Shown: in pieces, positions 8,596-19,003 of the stretch
Layout: each line of letters opens with the position of its first letter
Numbering within the stretch: the stretch's first letter is position 1
DNA from: Pseudomonas phage sp. 30-2
Sequence record: LC727697.1
DNA: 64,000 bases
Direction: 5' to 3' (one strand)
Notes under the pieces: model-generated
What the model was told of the DNA's origin: nothing
What the model saw: the letters and a program-made list of their open reading frames with translations, nothing else
The model's database searches: none
Program-made: the position numbers and the translations under genes

Positions 8596-10617
8596 TTATT
8601 TTTTGCTATTCTGCAATCCCCTAACTATTAGCAGAGATTCTGGGTCAGGATCTCTACCCATTAATGTTCTATACATTACATCAAAGTCATTAATAGAACC
8701 TGCATATAGAATATCTTTTTTAATTTTATTAGCAAATTCTATATTATACATTCCTTTATTTTTAAATTCTAAATAAACATCACTTGACATAATTTCTGCC
8801 CACAAATAGCTATAATAACCTGCTGTATATCCTCCGGAAAATATATGAGAAAACGAATATAAAAACAAATGCATAAACGGATTATCTTCTGTGTTTAATT
8901 TTAAATCTTTTGCTACTTCATTAAAAATTTCTATACAATCTTTATCTGTCTTTGCATTGCTATTAAAAATTTTCATATCTACTAATGAATATAATAACTG
9001 TGTTCTTAACGAAGACGCAGCCATATAATTATCTATAGCCAACCAGTTATCAATTATATATTCTGGAATTTTTTCTTTTGTAGAATAATGAGACGACATT
9101 TCAATTAAAAGCTCTTTATCATTAATCCAATTTTCCAATAATTGGCTCGGCAATTCTACTGCATCCCATTCTACAGAAATTCCATTATAATTAGGAAATT
9201 CTATTTTAGTAAGTACATGGTGTAATGCATGACCAAATTCATGCAAGAGTGTACGTACATCATCTAACGTAATAGATGTTTTTGACAGATTAGTCACTAT
9301 TACTGCAACCGGTAGAGTAGTATTATAAGCAAAATCCCTTTTAATAATACCATTCATCCATGCCCCGGATTGTTTTCCGTTCCTAGAAAACGGATCTATA
9401 AAAATATATGCAATATGCTTGCTATCTTCGAATACCTTATAGCATTTAACATCTTCATGCCACACAGATGCATTAGGGTCTTCTACAAATGTAACATCAA
9501 AAAGTTTTTTTATAACACCATATATACAAGGAAGAACACCGGCATATGTATAATACTCTTCTATAACCTTTTTGTCTAAATTATATTCTTCTTTTAATCT
9601 CATAGTAGAATAATAATTTCTGTCAGCGGCGCGGACAGAAGGTCGTTGGTATCCTTTAGATTTAGCGAAAGTTAAAAGTTCTTTTTCTTCTTCTAATGCT
9701 TTATCTACTACTAAGTCTTTCAATTTATTTAATACAGAAAATACATTATCGGGTGTTTTTGCCATTTTATGCTTTAATGATTTTTCTGCAAACGTACTAA
9801 ACCCAAACAATTTTGCTATTTCGGATTTAATAGATACAATATCTGTTATATTAGTTGTATTGCTATATTCGCCGTTACTAGCTACATAAAAAGCTTCTAA
9901 CATTGTTTTTCTAGTATACTCGTACGAACAATATTGCATTATAGCTGTGTAGATGTAGTGTTCAGTTGTAGCTACATATCCAGATTCATGACCGTCTGCC
10001 CTTGCATTCTCCCGCATTATATCTTTTATGTTATCTGGTATACCTTCAACTTGGAAATCGTGTTCAAAGTAATACCTGTTTTTTGCAGTATGTTTTATTA
10101 TATTATTAGAAAAATTCTGCTGTGCTTTATTAAGTTTTGAATATAAAGATGATAGGTATATTTTTGTATCATGCGAGAAATTAATATCAGATTCTTCTTC
10201 GTAATATTCTATGGCATCAATCACATATTTTTGTTCATAATATTTTAGACTTGAAAAATACGATTCATTATTTTTTATATTTTTATATGCATTGTATTCT
10301 CTTTCAGAATATGCGATTCTAGAATTATTATAGTATTCTGTGCAAATAGTATCACACTCATCTGCAATATTTTCTAACTCAGTAGTAGAGCAGGTATTCA
10401 ATAGATTATGCAAAATGCTATTAATAAATGCTAATCGACTGGCATCTTCGGATACTACCAAATCATTAAACAAAATAGTTTCTTTTTGAAGTGTTACGCC
10501 TGTGTTATAAAATAATCTAGTTGTTAATTCTTTTATTGCAGGAACAAAATCGTGTATATCTAGTTTAGTATAATCTACATTAGAATTGACAGGTACAGTT
10601 AACAAATAATTTTTCAT
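8596..10617 (-). CDS. M3-family zinc metallopeptidase (oligopeptidase A/Dcp-like), 673 aa
   Basis: HEFGHALHH zinc motif followed by AVELPSQLLENW, which corresponds to the M3 third-ligand E..PSQ motif. Size is typical of M3 peptidases. Confidence 0.75.
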   Translation of the reverse strand: MKNYLLTVPVNSNVDYTKLDIHDFVPAIKELTTRLFYNTGVTLQKETILFNDLVVSEDASRLAFINSILHNLLNTCSTTELENIADECDTICTEYYNNSRIAYSEREYNAYKNIKNNESYFSSLKYYEQKYVIDAIEYYEEESDINFSHDTKIYLSSLYSKLNKAQQNFSNNIIKHTAKNRYYFEHDFQVEGIPDNIKDIMRENARADGHESGYVATTEHYIYTAIMQYCSYEYTRKTMLEAFYVASNGEYSNTTNITDIVSIKSEIAKLFGFSTFAEKSLKHKMAKTPDNVFSVLNKLKDLVVDKALEEEKELLTFAKSKGYQRPSVRAADRNYYSTMRLKEEYNLDKKVIEEYYTYAGVLPCIYGVIKKLFDVTFVEDPNASVWHEDVKCYKVFEDSKHIAYIFIDPFSRNGKQSGAWMNGIIKRDFAYNTTLPVAVIVTNLSKTSITLDDVRTLLHEFGHALHHVLTKIEFPNYNGISVEWDAVELPSQLLENWINDKELLIEMSSHYSTKEKIPEYIIDNWLAIDNYMAASSLRTQLLYSLVDMKIFNSNAKTDKDCIEIFNEVAKDLKLNTEDNPFMHLFLYSFSHIFSGGYTAGYYSYLWAEIMSSDVYLEFKNKGMYNIEFANKIKKDILYAGSINDFDVMYRTLMGRDPDPESLLIVRGLQNSKK

Positions 10618-10700
10618 ATTTTATACCATTAAAGGATAGTAACATATTTTATAATAAAATAAAAAGGGATGCATTGCATCCCTTTTTATGTACAGTTTTA

Positions 10701-11444
10701 TTAACTGTGAACTGGCTTGTTAGATGCAATATCTTCAAACGCATCTTCTAACGACAGCTCAGATATTACTTCGTATTTACAAGTACGCATTTTAGAAAAA
10801 TTATAATCCTTAGGAACAGACACCACATCTTTAGGATTTACTTTTACTAATATTACCTTTTCACCACTAAAATGTTGTAGATATTCTCGCGAACATACAT
10901 GCAATCCAGGAGCGCAAGTAATATTGCTGTTATCTTGTACTTCATTTCTTGGCATAGAAACAACTTTACCTACGCTGTTATCTATTGTGCCAGTTCTTAC
11001 ATCAGTATAATCTTCACGAATTCGTTTGTATGCTAAAAAGAATCCGTCAGTAGTAATAGGAAGATTATTTGTTTCTAAGAAATCATACAAACCATTAACC
11101 GCAGTAAAACTAGGATTTTCCATTAAATTTACAAGGAAATTAATCATAGGGTCTACTGGAAAACCGTCAGAATGCATTTGCATAATCCGTTTAGTTAAGG
11201 AATTATGAATTACCTGACCATTATACTCAAACCGACCGCGGACTACTTTAATTTTACCATTCAGGAATTCAGAAATATGATTTTTAACATCAATTAATTT
11301 CTTTAATTCATCCCACTGTTCGGCTTTTATAAATTTAATTGCTTTTTTATATTTTTTATCAGATTCCCTTATGATATACGGAGTATCAGTTAATACCACC
11401 GTTACACTATCTTTTCTAATAATATATGGAATTGCATTAGTCAT
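10701..11444 (-). CDS. rIIB: rIIB protein
   Basis: FLVNLMENPSFTAVNGLYDFLETNNLPITTDGFFLAYKRI...NSVGKVVSMP aligns with T4 rIIB FLENLLENPSQKAVSRLFDFLVANDIEITEDGYFYAWKVV...NTPGKVVMGVD. Overlaps the rIIA stop by 8 nt. Confidence 0.75.
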   Translation of the reverse strand: MTNAIPYIIRKDSVTVVLTDTPYIIRESDKKYKKAIKFIKAEQWDELKKLIDVKNHISEFLNGKIKVVRGRFEYNGQVIHNSLTKRIMQMHSDGFPVDPMINFLVNLMENPSFTAVNGLYDFLETNNLPITTDGFFLAYKRIREDYTDVRTGTIDNSVGKVVSMPRNEVQDNSNITCAPGLHVCSREYLQHFSGEKVILVKVNPKDVVSVPKDYNFSKMRTCKYEVISELSLEDAFEDIASNKPVHS

Positions 11445-13689
11445 TTTTAGATTCTCCGTTGTTATCTATCATATTCATATAATTCACTACGTGTATTATA
11501 CCTACTTTACTTAAATTGACGTGTTCAATAAGCGGATACTTAGATAGAATATTTTCGTACCGGCTGGCGCGTTTATGTATTATTTTTAATTGATTATCTA
11601 GTTTTTCTGTATCTAAATGTCGTATGATATTTTTAATCGACGACTCACTAATCGGTTTATAAGTATTTTTGTATTTTTCATATTCTTTTATTTCAGTATT
11701 TGTTAATGAGTCCTTTAAGTTTGCAGAATTTATATAATAAAGCAATTTGTCTACATCGGAATAAGTAGAATCTGGTCTACACTGTTTTATAACATCCTTA
11801 ACATTATTATACATTTCATCTATTACATGATCAGTAATAGGAATAAAATGTTTATTTTTCTTGACTTGTTCTAAGGTTATCTTTCTTACCCCGTATATCG
11901 GTTTAGAATGATATAATGTAAGTGCAGTAATATCCGAATCAGGCAAATCAGTAGTCATATTCCATCCAGAAAATTCTACATAATAGCAATCATCCTTTAT
12001 ATCAGACAGCTTTACTATCGATTCTTTCCATATATTAAAACTTCTGCATAACAAAATACATTCTTCATCTTCTTTTTTGATTCTGTTATTTTGCTTAGGA
12101 ATAACAGGAATATTTAGATCAGACGAAAATATAATTTGCGATTTAGAAATATAATATTTTCTTGCGAAATTATATATATCGTTTCTTTTTATTTTTCCAT
12201 TTTTATTTTTACAAATTATAACTTTACACCGTGCTCTGTAAATATTCGATATATAGTCTCTTATTGCTCTTGTCGATGTATTATCATCTATTATAAAATA
12301 TTTTACAGTATTACTATCGTCAATTGCTATATTATCAGAAATATATGTTATACCTTCGTATGAGGCACTGGAAGTATAATTTCTATATCTTTTTATTTCA
12401 CCTGTACTTAGATGTTTATAGTATGTAACTAAAAATCTTGCCTTCCTAAAAATACCATAATCCAGTGTATAACAGTTAACATTGGTAAACAATGCTTTTA
12501 CTTCAGATATCGGTATATATACTTGACCTATCTCTACAGAATCCGAAATATTGGCATATATGATATTGGTTAATGTTTTTATATCAGGAACAAATATATT
12601 AAATGATTTCTGTTTATAATCATATAACACTTTTGTTTTCGTTACTGCGTCTATATTCGAATTTATATCATCTGTGATAGCTTTAGTAAAGGAACATACG
12701 AAATCAATTAATGCAGTAGATAAATTTTTCTGAGTTAACGGAATATAAGATAATTCTTCCCTAGATGCAGATACATCTAATTCTCCTATACTAAAATCTA
12801 TTACAACAAAATATGAATAAAAGTTTCTATTATCTAATTTACGGACATAGCTATCATCAAGATATTCTTCGGATATAGATTCTATATCAATTGGATATAA
12901 TACTCCGCCTTGTCTTGCGTATAGTTTATGTGATTCGTTAGTGCCTTTATATATTGTAGCTCTGTTTGTTACAGATAGAAAAACTTCTGGGGTTTTTAAT
13001 ACATGGTGGCCATTTACTTCTACTGGCAACACATTCATCCACGAATATACATCTACACAGTTTTTATCAAAAATTTTGTAATCAGCCCGATTTGATACAG
13101 GAATCTTTACTTCAACTCCGTTGGGCTCATTTGTTTTCATTTCGCTTAGCATAAGCATATCCGGAACACCGGATTCACTTATAAATGCAGCGAAAGTTCT
13201 TGTTATTCCATCTTTTGTAGAAATTATAGAAAAATTATCTACATAGGAAAACGGTGACTTTGATCCGAGCCCAAAAGCACCAATAAAATCATTTGATTGT
13301 GTTTTTGTAGAATCAAAATAAGTAGTATAAATATTCATTACTTCGTTGTAATCTAAACCTACACCGAAGTCTTTTATGCTAAAAAACGGCTCTAAATCAG
13401 TAGGAACATGATATTCAAAAGGAACATCACATTTATTTGCTGCAACATGACTATCTCGTGCATTACACCCAATTTCTCTTACAATTGCACGAATTTTATC
13501 TTTATATAACCCGTTAGATAGAATAGAAAAGGCTTTCGGACTATTTTTAATAGTGAAAGATTTTCCACCTACCATGTTTGTAGATTCTATTGTTACAGAA
13601 TTATCCGATTCTAATTTCACGCTACACTCCCAAACTGAATTATACGTGTTTATTTGCAATATTTTAAAATATTCAATGTATTTCGTCAA
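11437..13689 (-). CDS. rIIA: rIIA protein (GHKL ATPase fold), about 750 aa; exact start uncertain
   Basis: KSFTIKNSPKAFSILSNGLYKDKIRAIVREIGCNARDSH matches T4 rIIA [43 protein letters not shown] N-box, G1 (DFGVGLD) and G2 (GAFGLGSKSPF) are present. The track start is TTG; the real start is probably about 25 codons downstream. Confidence 0.8.
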   Translation of the reverse strand: MTKYIEYFKILQINTYNSVWECSVKLESDNSVTIESTNMVGGKSFTIKNSPKAFSILSNGLYKDKIRAIVREIGCNARDSHVAANKCDVPFEYHVPTDLEPFFSIKDFGVGLDYNEVMNIYTTYFDSTKTQSNDFIGAFGLGSKSPFSYVDNFSIISTKDGITRTFAAFISESGVPDMLMLSEMKTNEPNGVEVKIPVSNRADYKIFDKNCVDVYSWMNVLPVEVNGHHVLKTPEVFLSVTNRATIYKGTNESHKLYARQGGVLYPIDIESISEEYLDDSYVRKLDNRNFYSYFVVIDFSIGELDVSASREELSYIPLTQKNLSTALIDFVCSFTKAITDDINSNIDAVTKTKVLYDYKQKSFNIFVPDIKTLTNIIYANISDSVEIGQVYIPISEVKALFTNVNCYTLDYGIFRKARFLVTYYKHLSTGEIKRYRNYTSSASYEGITYISDNIAIDDSNTVKYFIIDDNTSTRAIRDYISNIYRARCKVIICKNKNGKIKRNDIYNFARKYYISKSQIIFSSDLNIPVIPKQNNRIKKEDEECILLCRSFNIWKESIVKLSDIKDDCYYVEFSGWNMTTDLPDSDITALTLYHSKPIYGVRKITLEQVKKNKHFIPITDHVIDEMYNNVKDVIKQCRPDSTYSDVDKLLYYINSANLKDSLTNTEIKEYEKYKNTYKPISESSIKNIIRHLDTEKLDNQLKIIHKRASRYENILSKYPLIEHVNLSKVGIIHVVNYMNMIDNNGESKND

Positions 13690-13700
13690 ATGTATTAGCA

Positions 13701-13708
13701 GATAAATA
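13701..13708 (+). promoter_or_regulatory. late-promoter-like motif GATAAATA
   Basis: 23 nt upstream of the ATG at 13732. Confidence 0.4.
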
Positions 13709-13731
13709 TTAAATAAACTTAGGAGAAGATT

Positions 13732-14160
13732 ATGATATTTCTTAATAAAGTAAAATTTTTTGCCAAAGTTCCTTATGAACCTGCAGGAAAAGCAACAATA
13801 TTATCCCAAATCAGCAATAGAAAATTTAATGTAGAGGTAGGTAAATGCACCGGAAGATGTGTGTTAACTAATCAAACCGATCCTTCGCTCTTAAAGGAGT
13901 TTGAAATTTGCGGCTTAGTAGAAATAGATGGTGTAGTATATCCTACTTTAAAAATCGAAGAAGTAAGAGTAGTTGTATACGATGGTCCTGCACATTTTAA
14001 AGAATTTGAATGGGATGCATGTAAAGATTTTTCTAAAATAGAAGAGAAACCGACAAATAAAGCAATTGTTTCTAATGAAACTACATTTAATAACGAATCC
14101 AAAACAGAACATACAGCAGACGAAATAAAACCTGTAGCATCTAAGAAAAGAAAGAAATAA
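13732..14160 (+). CDS. hypothetical protein, 142 aa
   Basis: AGGAGA RBS 7 nt upstream of the ATG. Lys-rich C-terminus. Confidence 0.5.
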   Translation: MIFLNKVKFFAKVPYEPAGKATILSQISNRKFNVEVGKCTGRCVLTNQTDPSLLKEFEICGLVEIDGVVYPTLKIEEVRVVVYDGPAHFKEFEWDACKDFSKIEEKPTNKAIVSNETTFNNESKTEHTADEIKPVASKKRKK

Positions 14161-14162
14161 TA

Positions 14163-14450
14163 TTATCTATTATTTCTAAATATAGAAATAATAGTAGATT
14201 CTATTAATCTTCTTGCATTTCCCCTAAAGGTAGATTTAATTTGTTCGCCATACATTTTATATGTGTCGTGGGGTTTTGCAGGAAATTCATCGGTATTTAA
14301 TACATATCGGTTTGCAATGTTTCTGCTTATTGTTTCTGGTGTTTCTACTGTTACATAACGAGTTGCATTATTGACTATATTGTTTTCGTATGGATTAGAA
14401 CTGCAACCATATAAAACACACAATGGTATCAATAATGCAACTCGTTTCAT
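14163..14450 (-). CDS. small lipoprotein, 95 aa
   Basis: Signal peptide plus lipobox LLIPLCVLYGCSS. Confidence 0.5.
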   Translation of the reverse strand: MKRVALLIPLCVLYGCSSNPYENNIVNNATRYVTVETPETISRNIANRYVLNTDEFPAKPHDTYKMYGEQIKSTFRGNARRLIESTIISIFRNNR

Positions 14451-14609
14451 TTTAGAAGTTCCTCAATTTCTTTTTTAGAAATAGGTGTTCCATCTTTATA
14501 ATACTGGTCTCCTATTAATGTAAAAATACCAATATTAGTCTTTAAGTACCAGCCAGAAAATTCTAGTATGGTTATATTAATGCTCTTCTTTTCTATCAAT
14601 TCTTTTATA

Positions 14610-15140
14610 TCAGTTAAACTGCTCATTAATAAACTCTTCCAATTCTGCTAGTTCCAATAAAGAATCTTTAATTACTAAAACATCTGAATCTACTCTGTGT
14701 TGTTGAGTTAATTTATAATTCTTTCTCTTAAATTCTAAAAATTTTTCATTATAAAACCGTTTCGGATACTGCGGCATTAGATTGTTAGTATCTAATACTC
14801 TAAAATTCTGCCCGCAGTTTCCTGCAGAAAATAATGCACGCAACCACTTATTATCATTTTGTGCGCAATCAGAATATACAGTCTTTCCGCATAACGACTC
14901 ATTTAACCATGTGCAAGCATTCCTGACACTTATTCCGTGCGAGCTAAGCATATTCTTAGAAATTTTATGGACTTTTCTTTCTGCTCTATAGTCCCAAGAT
15001 AACCAAGAATGGTGTCTTCTTATTAAATTAGATTCTATTTTGCCCGAACTAGTTATAAATCCAATCTCTATAGGATACGATCCACTAGCTTCCACATCGA
15101 TAATTATTATATCTTTTAACTTACTATATATGCTAGACAT
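14610..15140 (-). CDS. DEDDh-type 3-prime to 5-prime exonuclease (DnaQ/ExoX-like, possibly dexA-like)
   Basis: Exo I motif IIIDVEASG at the N-terminus, and an H...D motif (HRVDSD) near the C-terminus. Confidence 0.45.
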   Translation of the reverse strand: MSSIYSKLKDIIIIDVEASGSYPIEIGFITSSGKIESNLIRRHHSWLSWDYRAERKVHKISKNMLSSHGISVRNACTWLNESLCGKTVYSDCAQNDNKWLRALFSAGNCGQNFRVLDTNNLMPQYPKRFYNEKFLEFKRKNYKLTQQHRVDSDVLVIKDSLLELAELEEFINEQFN

Positions 15141-15290
15141 ATAATAACCAAATATCTATATAAATTTTAAAGAAATTTTTACAAAATGTTTCTAACAAGA
15201 CCTTTATGTTTATTGAATTAGAAAATTTTTAAAATTTAACCGATAAAACGAAGTATTACATCTTTACACAAAAACATACAATAGTTTTAT

Positions 15291-15542
15291 TTACATATTC
15301 CTTGCTGCATCTAATGCACAATGAAACTGAGTATATCCCCCCACATGTTGATTATCGATAAAAATTTGAGGAACAGATTTCGGTCTAGTTCCTATGCGAT
15401 TAGTTAATTCTGTTATTAATTCCGGTCCGGTTTCTTGATCACTAACATCGTAATAATGGTATTCTAATCCCCTCATTTCACATAACTGAACTGCATTTTT
15501 ACAATGCGGACAATTTTCTTTACCGTAAATTTCTACTTTCAT
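15291..15542 (-). CDS. glutaredoxin, 83 aa
   Basis: CPHC active site (KVEIYGKENCPHCKNA) and the GG motif VPQIFIDNQHVGGY. AAGGAA RBS in front of the internal ATG at 15542; the track start at 15578 is over-extended. Confidence 0.7.
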   Translation of the reverse strand: MKVEIYGKENCPHCKNAVQLCEMRGLEYHYYDVSDQETGPELITELTNRIGTRPKSVPQIFIDNQHVGGYTQFHCALDAARNM

Positions 15543-15613
15543 ATTTTTATTCCTTAAATTTTTTACATAGTAAAACACAATTAAAATATAACGTCAATAG
15601 TTATATATGATTA

Positions 15614-16177
15614 TTAAATAAGCCTATTATCTAGCAATAATTCTTTTATATCGTCATCAATTGTTATAGTAGTAGAATTGTTTAACGATAAAATCTTTTC
15701 ATCAATTTCGTCTAAACGTGCTTTTAATGAATTTTTTTCTAATAAGTATTTTGATTTTAAATTAGAATTTATAATAGAAACAGGAACTACAGTAGTTTTC
15801 TTACCCATAGATTCATTGAGTTTTCGTTCTGCTTCTATTATATCACATGCAATACAATCTTCTACAGTATCATTAAGTAACATAGTTTGCAGAAGAACTA
15901 TTTGTTCTTTTATGTGCTCTCTCTGGGTAATAAGATTATCGATGCCTACGTTGTGATTATTTTTACCAATTAGTTCTCTTATTTTAAATCTAGCAGATAT
16001 TAGTTTTCTTTTATTTTCTAATTCAGTTTCAAATTTTACCCTAGATACATGTAGTGTTTCTATGATTTGTTCACTATTAGAATTTACCCTAATCTGTGCT
16101 TTATAATTTGCAGATTCATTTAAAAAATTCTTTAATTTAATTTCTAATTTTCTAGCGCGGCGCAAGGAAATATTCAT
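15614..16177 (-). CDS. hypothetical coiled-coil protein, 187 aa
   Basis: ATG start; charged heptad-like sequence. Confidence 0.4.
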   Translation of the reverse strand: MNISLRRARKLEIKLKNFLNESANYKAQIRVNSNSEQIIETLHVSRVKFETELENKRKLISARFKIRELIGKNNHNVGIDNLITQREHIKEQIVLLQTMLLNDTVEDCIACDIIEAERKLNESMGKKTTVVPVSIINSNLKSKYLLEKNSLKARLDEIDEKILSLNNSTTITIDDDIKELLLDNRLI

Positions 16178-16192
16178 GTTTTACCCCTATTA

Positions 16193-16747
16193 TTAATACC
16201 AATTTTTCCTGGTTACTACAGCGTATTCTTCTAATTCCTTACGAATTTCGGAATCATTAACTATATTTCCATTTTCATCCACTACGTTATTAATAAATTT
16301 TTTGTCTATTAAGTTTATATTTAATAGTTGAAATTGTTGTTGATTAGAATTACCACAAAATGTGTGTATACCTATTACATTTTCAAGTATAGCCCAAGCA
16401 GATGGCCAACCTTTATATCTACCAATACATAGCACTTCGCCGTGAGCAGGGCGACCAGTTGCAGACTTAATAGAAAAAAGTAAATGTTTTGTTTTAGTAA
16501 TTTTCATTGCATTTAACAATAATTTTGTATTTTTTTTCCTATAAAAATTAATTATCCGTTCGACGTATTCTAATTCTTCAGAATACGTTGTTTCTAATAA
16601 CAGATCGGATTCTATTTTTGATTTGTTTATTTCATTTACACATCTGTTATACGAATCAGATACTAACTTAACTATATCGTCAAATTCTATCTGTTGAGAA
16701 TTATTTTTTATATTTTTTACACCAGTTTTTATTAAATGAGATCCCAT
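16193..16747 (-). CDS. hypothetical protein, 184 aa
   Basis: ATG start; same-strand gene array. Confidence 0.4.
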   Translation of the reverse strand: MGSHLIKTGVKNIKNNSQQIEFDDIVKLVSDSYNRCVNEINKSKIESDLLLETTYSEELEYVERIINFYRKKNTKLLLNAMKITKTKHLLFSIKSATGRPAHGEVLCIGRYKGWPSAWAILENVIGIHTFCGNSNQQQFQLLNINLIDKKFINNVVDENGNIVNDSEIRKELEEYAVVTRKNWY

Positions 16748-17017
16748 TTAATTTTCCTCAGTAAACAATTTAGCTTTAATGCACTCTAATGGATATACAT
16801 GATGATTACATACACCTATATCTGTATTTTGTACAAATGAAAACACAGTTATACATGCAACAGGATAAATTATATCTTTCATATTTAGAGAAACATTAGA
16901 AGATTTATCAAATATAAAATGTTTAGATATTTTTACAGGAAAATTAGTATCAGACGCCTTTAATAATCTCTTGAATTCTTGTTCAGAATTTATAAGGTTT
17001 ATTATTTCGTTATACAT
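16748..17017 (-). CDS. hypothetical protein, 89 aa
   Basis: Abuts the neighbouring genes with no gap. Confidence 0.3.
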   Translation of the reverse strand: MYNEIINLINSEQEFKRLLKASDTNFPVKISKHFIFDKSSNVSLNMKDIIYPVACITVFSFVQNTDIGVCNHHVYPLECIKAKLFTEEN

Positions 17018-17255
17018 TGTTTTCTTTTATTGCCTTTAAATATCCACGAACAGTAATAATCAAAAAGAATATCTCCAGAATTACAGATCCTAAATTAAAA
17101 TTAACAATCAAACTAGCTAACAAAAATAACGCGCCGATTCCATTAATTAAATAATATTTTTTAGTTTTATTTGTCCATTTACCTTCTGCTATCATCCAAT
17201 AACAGAATAATACACATACTGTACCTACAACCCCTAAAATATGAAAAAATATCAT
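17010..17255 (-). CDS. small membrane protein, 81 aa
   Basis: Two predicted TMDs (VGTVCVLFCYWMI and LINGIGALFLLASLIV). Confidence 0.35.
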   Translation of the reverse strand: MIFFHILGVVGTVCVLFCYWMIAEGKWTNKTKKYYLINGIGALFLLASLIVNFNLGSVILEIFFLIITVRGYLKAIKENNV

Positions 17256-17722
17256 TTTTTAACATATTCCTTAACAATTATATCAGATGTTATATTATAT
17301 TCGTTAAAAACATTCCAGTTATTTAGATCTATTGGAAAATAAGTATCTGCAGACGATATATACTTATCCGGTATATGTGTTATTACAAGTTTAGTTGCTA
17401 TACCTTCAAATTGTTTATAGATGCTGGCGCCGCCGATCACTGCAATTCCTTTGTCTTTTATCATTGCTGTATCTAACGCATCTTTAACCGATCTTACGTT
17501 GCATACGCCTGTGTAAATTTCATTAGTAGACATCACAATGTTAGTACGACCAGACAGAGGTATTTTATTTAAACTCTCGAACGTCGTCTTACCCATTATA
17601 ACACATTTCCCTATTGTGTGTTTTTTAAAATGAGCCATATCCTCCGATATGTAATTCCATGGCAATCGTCCATTGAGTCCTATTTCTAATTTAGGTCCAA
17701 TTGCTGCTATTATTTCTATCAT
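17252..17722 (-). CDS. frd: dihydrofolate reductase
   Basis: IAAIGPKLEIGLNGRLPW, VIMGKTTFESL and VIGGASIYKQF align with E. coli and T4 DHFR motifs (IAA...G..LPW, VIMGR.T.ES, VIGGG.VYEQF). Confidence 0.85.
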   Translation of the reverse strand: MIEIIAAIGPKLEIGLNGRLPWNYISEDMAHFKKHTIGKCVIMGKTTFESLNKIPLSGRTNIVMSTNEIYTGVCNVRSVKDALDTAMIKDKGIAVIGGASIYKQFEGIATKLVITHIPDKYISSADTYFPIDLNNWNVFNEYNITSDIIVKEYVKK

Positions 17723-17961
17723 TATCCTACAACTTTATTAATTTGATATTTGTTTCTTATATTTGCAACAAAATACGCCCCTGCAGAAGGAGCTATATTC
17801 CATTCAAGCCACACGTCATCTGGAACTCGTTTTATAAGATATGTATATCCAGACTTTGTCTGCAATATAACATCATTGTCTTTTCTTTCTACAAATTCTA
17901 TCCAACTAGATTCTGCCATTTCTAAAATTTTCACACTAAACTCCCTGCATACACGTATCAA
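17722..17961 (-). CDS. hypothetical protein, 79 aa
   Basis: ATG start overlapping the DHFR end. Confidence 0.3.
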   Translation of the reverse strand: MIRVCREFSVKILEMAESSWIEFVERKDNDVILQTKSGYTYLIKRVPDDVWLEWNIAPSAGAYFVANIRNKYQINKVVG

Positions 17962-18367
17962 TTATTTCTTTTGCCATTCTACCTTCATATTTTCCTGAAT
18001 GATTTTGTCGTAAATACTGCATAACAGACGAAATAGTAAAATCAGGATTATTATTTATATATTTAGATATAATCTCAGTTAATTTATCTTTTGTATATTG
18101 TTCGGGTAGATAAGAAACTAAGATAGCTAATTCTTCTTGTAATACGCAAAGAATATCTTTGCTAGCATTTTCTTGTGCTATTTTGTTATTCTTGATAAAC
18201 GAATTAATTACACTTATTACTTCGTTATCTGTAGATTCTCTCTTTCCGTCATTTATGCCGGGTTGAGATGCTTCTGAAAGTAGTGTAGTAAGGAGAGATG
18301 TAGCTATTTTATTTTTACATTTACGAGCAGAAAGTTGATCTGCTTTTATTTGCGAAATAAGTGTCAT
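17936..18367 (-). CDS. GatB/YqeY-domain protein, 143 aa
   Basis: N-terminal MTLISQIKADQLSARKCKNKIATSLLTTLLSEA resembles the YqeY MSLLEQLKEDMKAAMKAKDKERL..LRMLLAAIKN pattern. Judged by pattern only. Confidence 0.4.
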   Translation of the reverse strand: MTLISQIKADQLSARKCKNKIATSLLTTLLSEASQPGINDGKRESTDNEVISVINSFIKNNKIAQENASKDILCVLQEELAILVSYLPEQYTKDKLTEIISKYINNNPDFTISSVMQYLRQNHSGKYEGRMAKEIIDTCMQGV

Positions 18368-18487
18368 ATATACTCCAACGGTTTATGTTATAAAAACAGT
18401 ATATAGCATAATGCTACTATTGCAAAGCTGCCGTTATACATATAGTTGACATATATGTTAACACGTTTTATTTTATAAAGGATTAGT

Positions 18488-19003
18488 ATGGATAATAATA
18501 TTAGAAAAAAATTAATTGCAATGGGATTATCCGGTGCAATTGCACTAGGAGGAGCACTATTGGCTCCGTTTGAAGGTAAAGTAAACAAGGTATATGTAGA
18601 TCCAGTAGGAATTTTAACATCTTGCTACGGTCACACTGGACCTGAGCTAAAAAAAGGACAACAATTTACAGACAGCCAATGTTTGGATCAATTAGCAAAA
18701 GATCTTTTAGAACATAATAAAATCTTAACAAATGTAGTAAAGGTAGAATTAACGCCATACGAACATGCTGCGTTTCTTTCGTTCTTATATAACGTAGGAC
18801 CAGGGAAAAAAGGGGTTAAAGACGGATTTGTCACATTAAAAAATGGAAATCAATCCACAATGCTTAGAAAATTAAATGCAGGCGATAAAGTAGGAGCATG
18901 CAACGAATTGCTAAAATGGACTAAAGCAGGAGGAGTTGTTTTAAAAGGATTAGTAAAACGAAGAACTGAAGAGAGGAATGTATGTTTAGGAAACTTAAAT
19001 TAA
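18488..19003 (+). CDS. SAR endolysin (GH24 lysozyme, lambda R/P21 R-like)
   Basis: GH24 catalytic triad context FEGKVNKVYVDPVGILTSCYGHTG (E-8-D-5-T). The N-terminal Gly/Ala-rich weak TMD LIAMGLSGAIALGGALLAPF is typical of a signal-anchor-release domain. AAAGGA RBS. Confidence 0.8.
   Translation: MDNNIRKKLIAMGLSGAIALGGALLAPFEGKVNKVYVDPVGILTSCYGHTGPELKKGQQFTDSQCLDQLAKDLLEHNKILTNVVKVELTPYEHAAFLSFLYNVGPGKKGVKDGFVTLKNGNQSTMLRKLNAGDKVGACNELLKWTKAGGVVLKGLVKRRTEERNVCLGNLN

Noticed and set aside
18388-18588. 66-aa minus-strand ORF overlapping the endolysin start
   Set aside because: It overlaps a well-supported gene and its RBS on the other strand and has a low-complexity translation.
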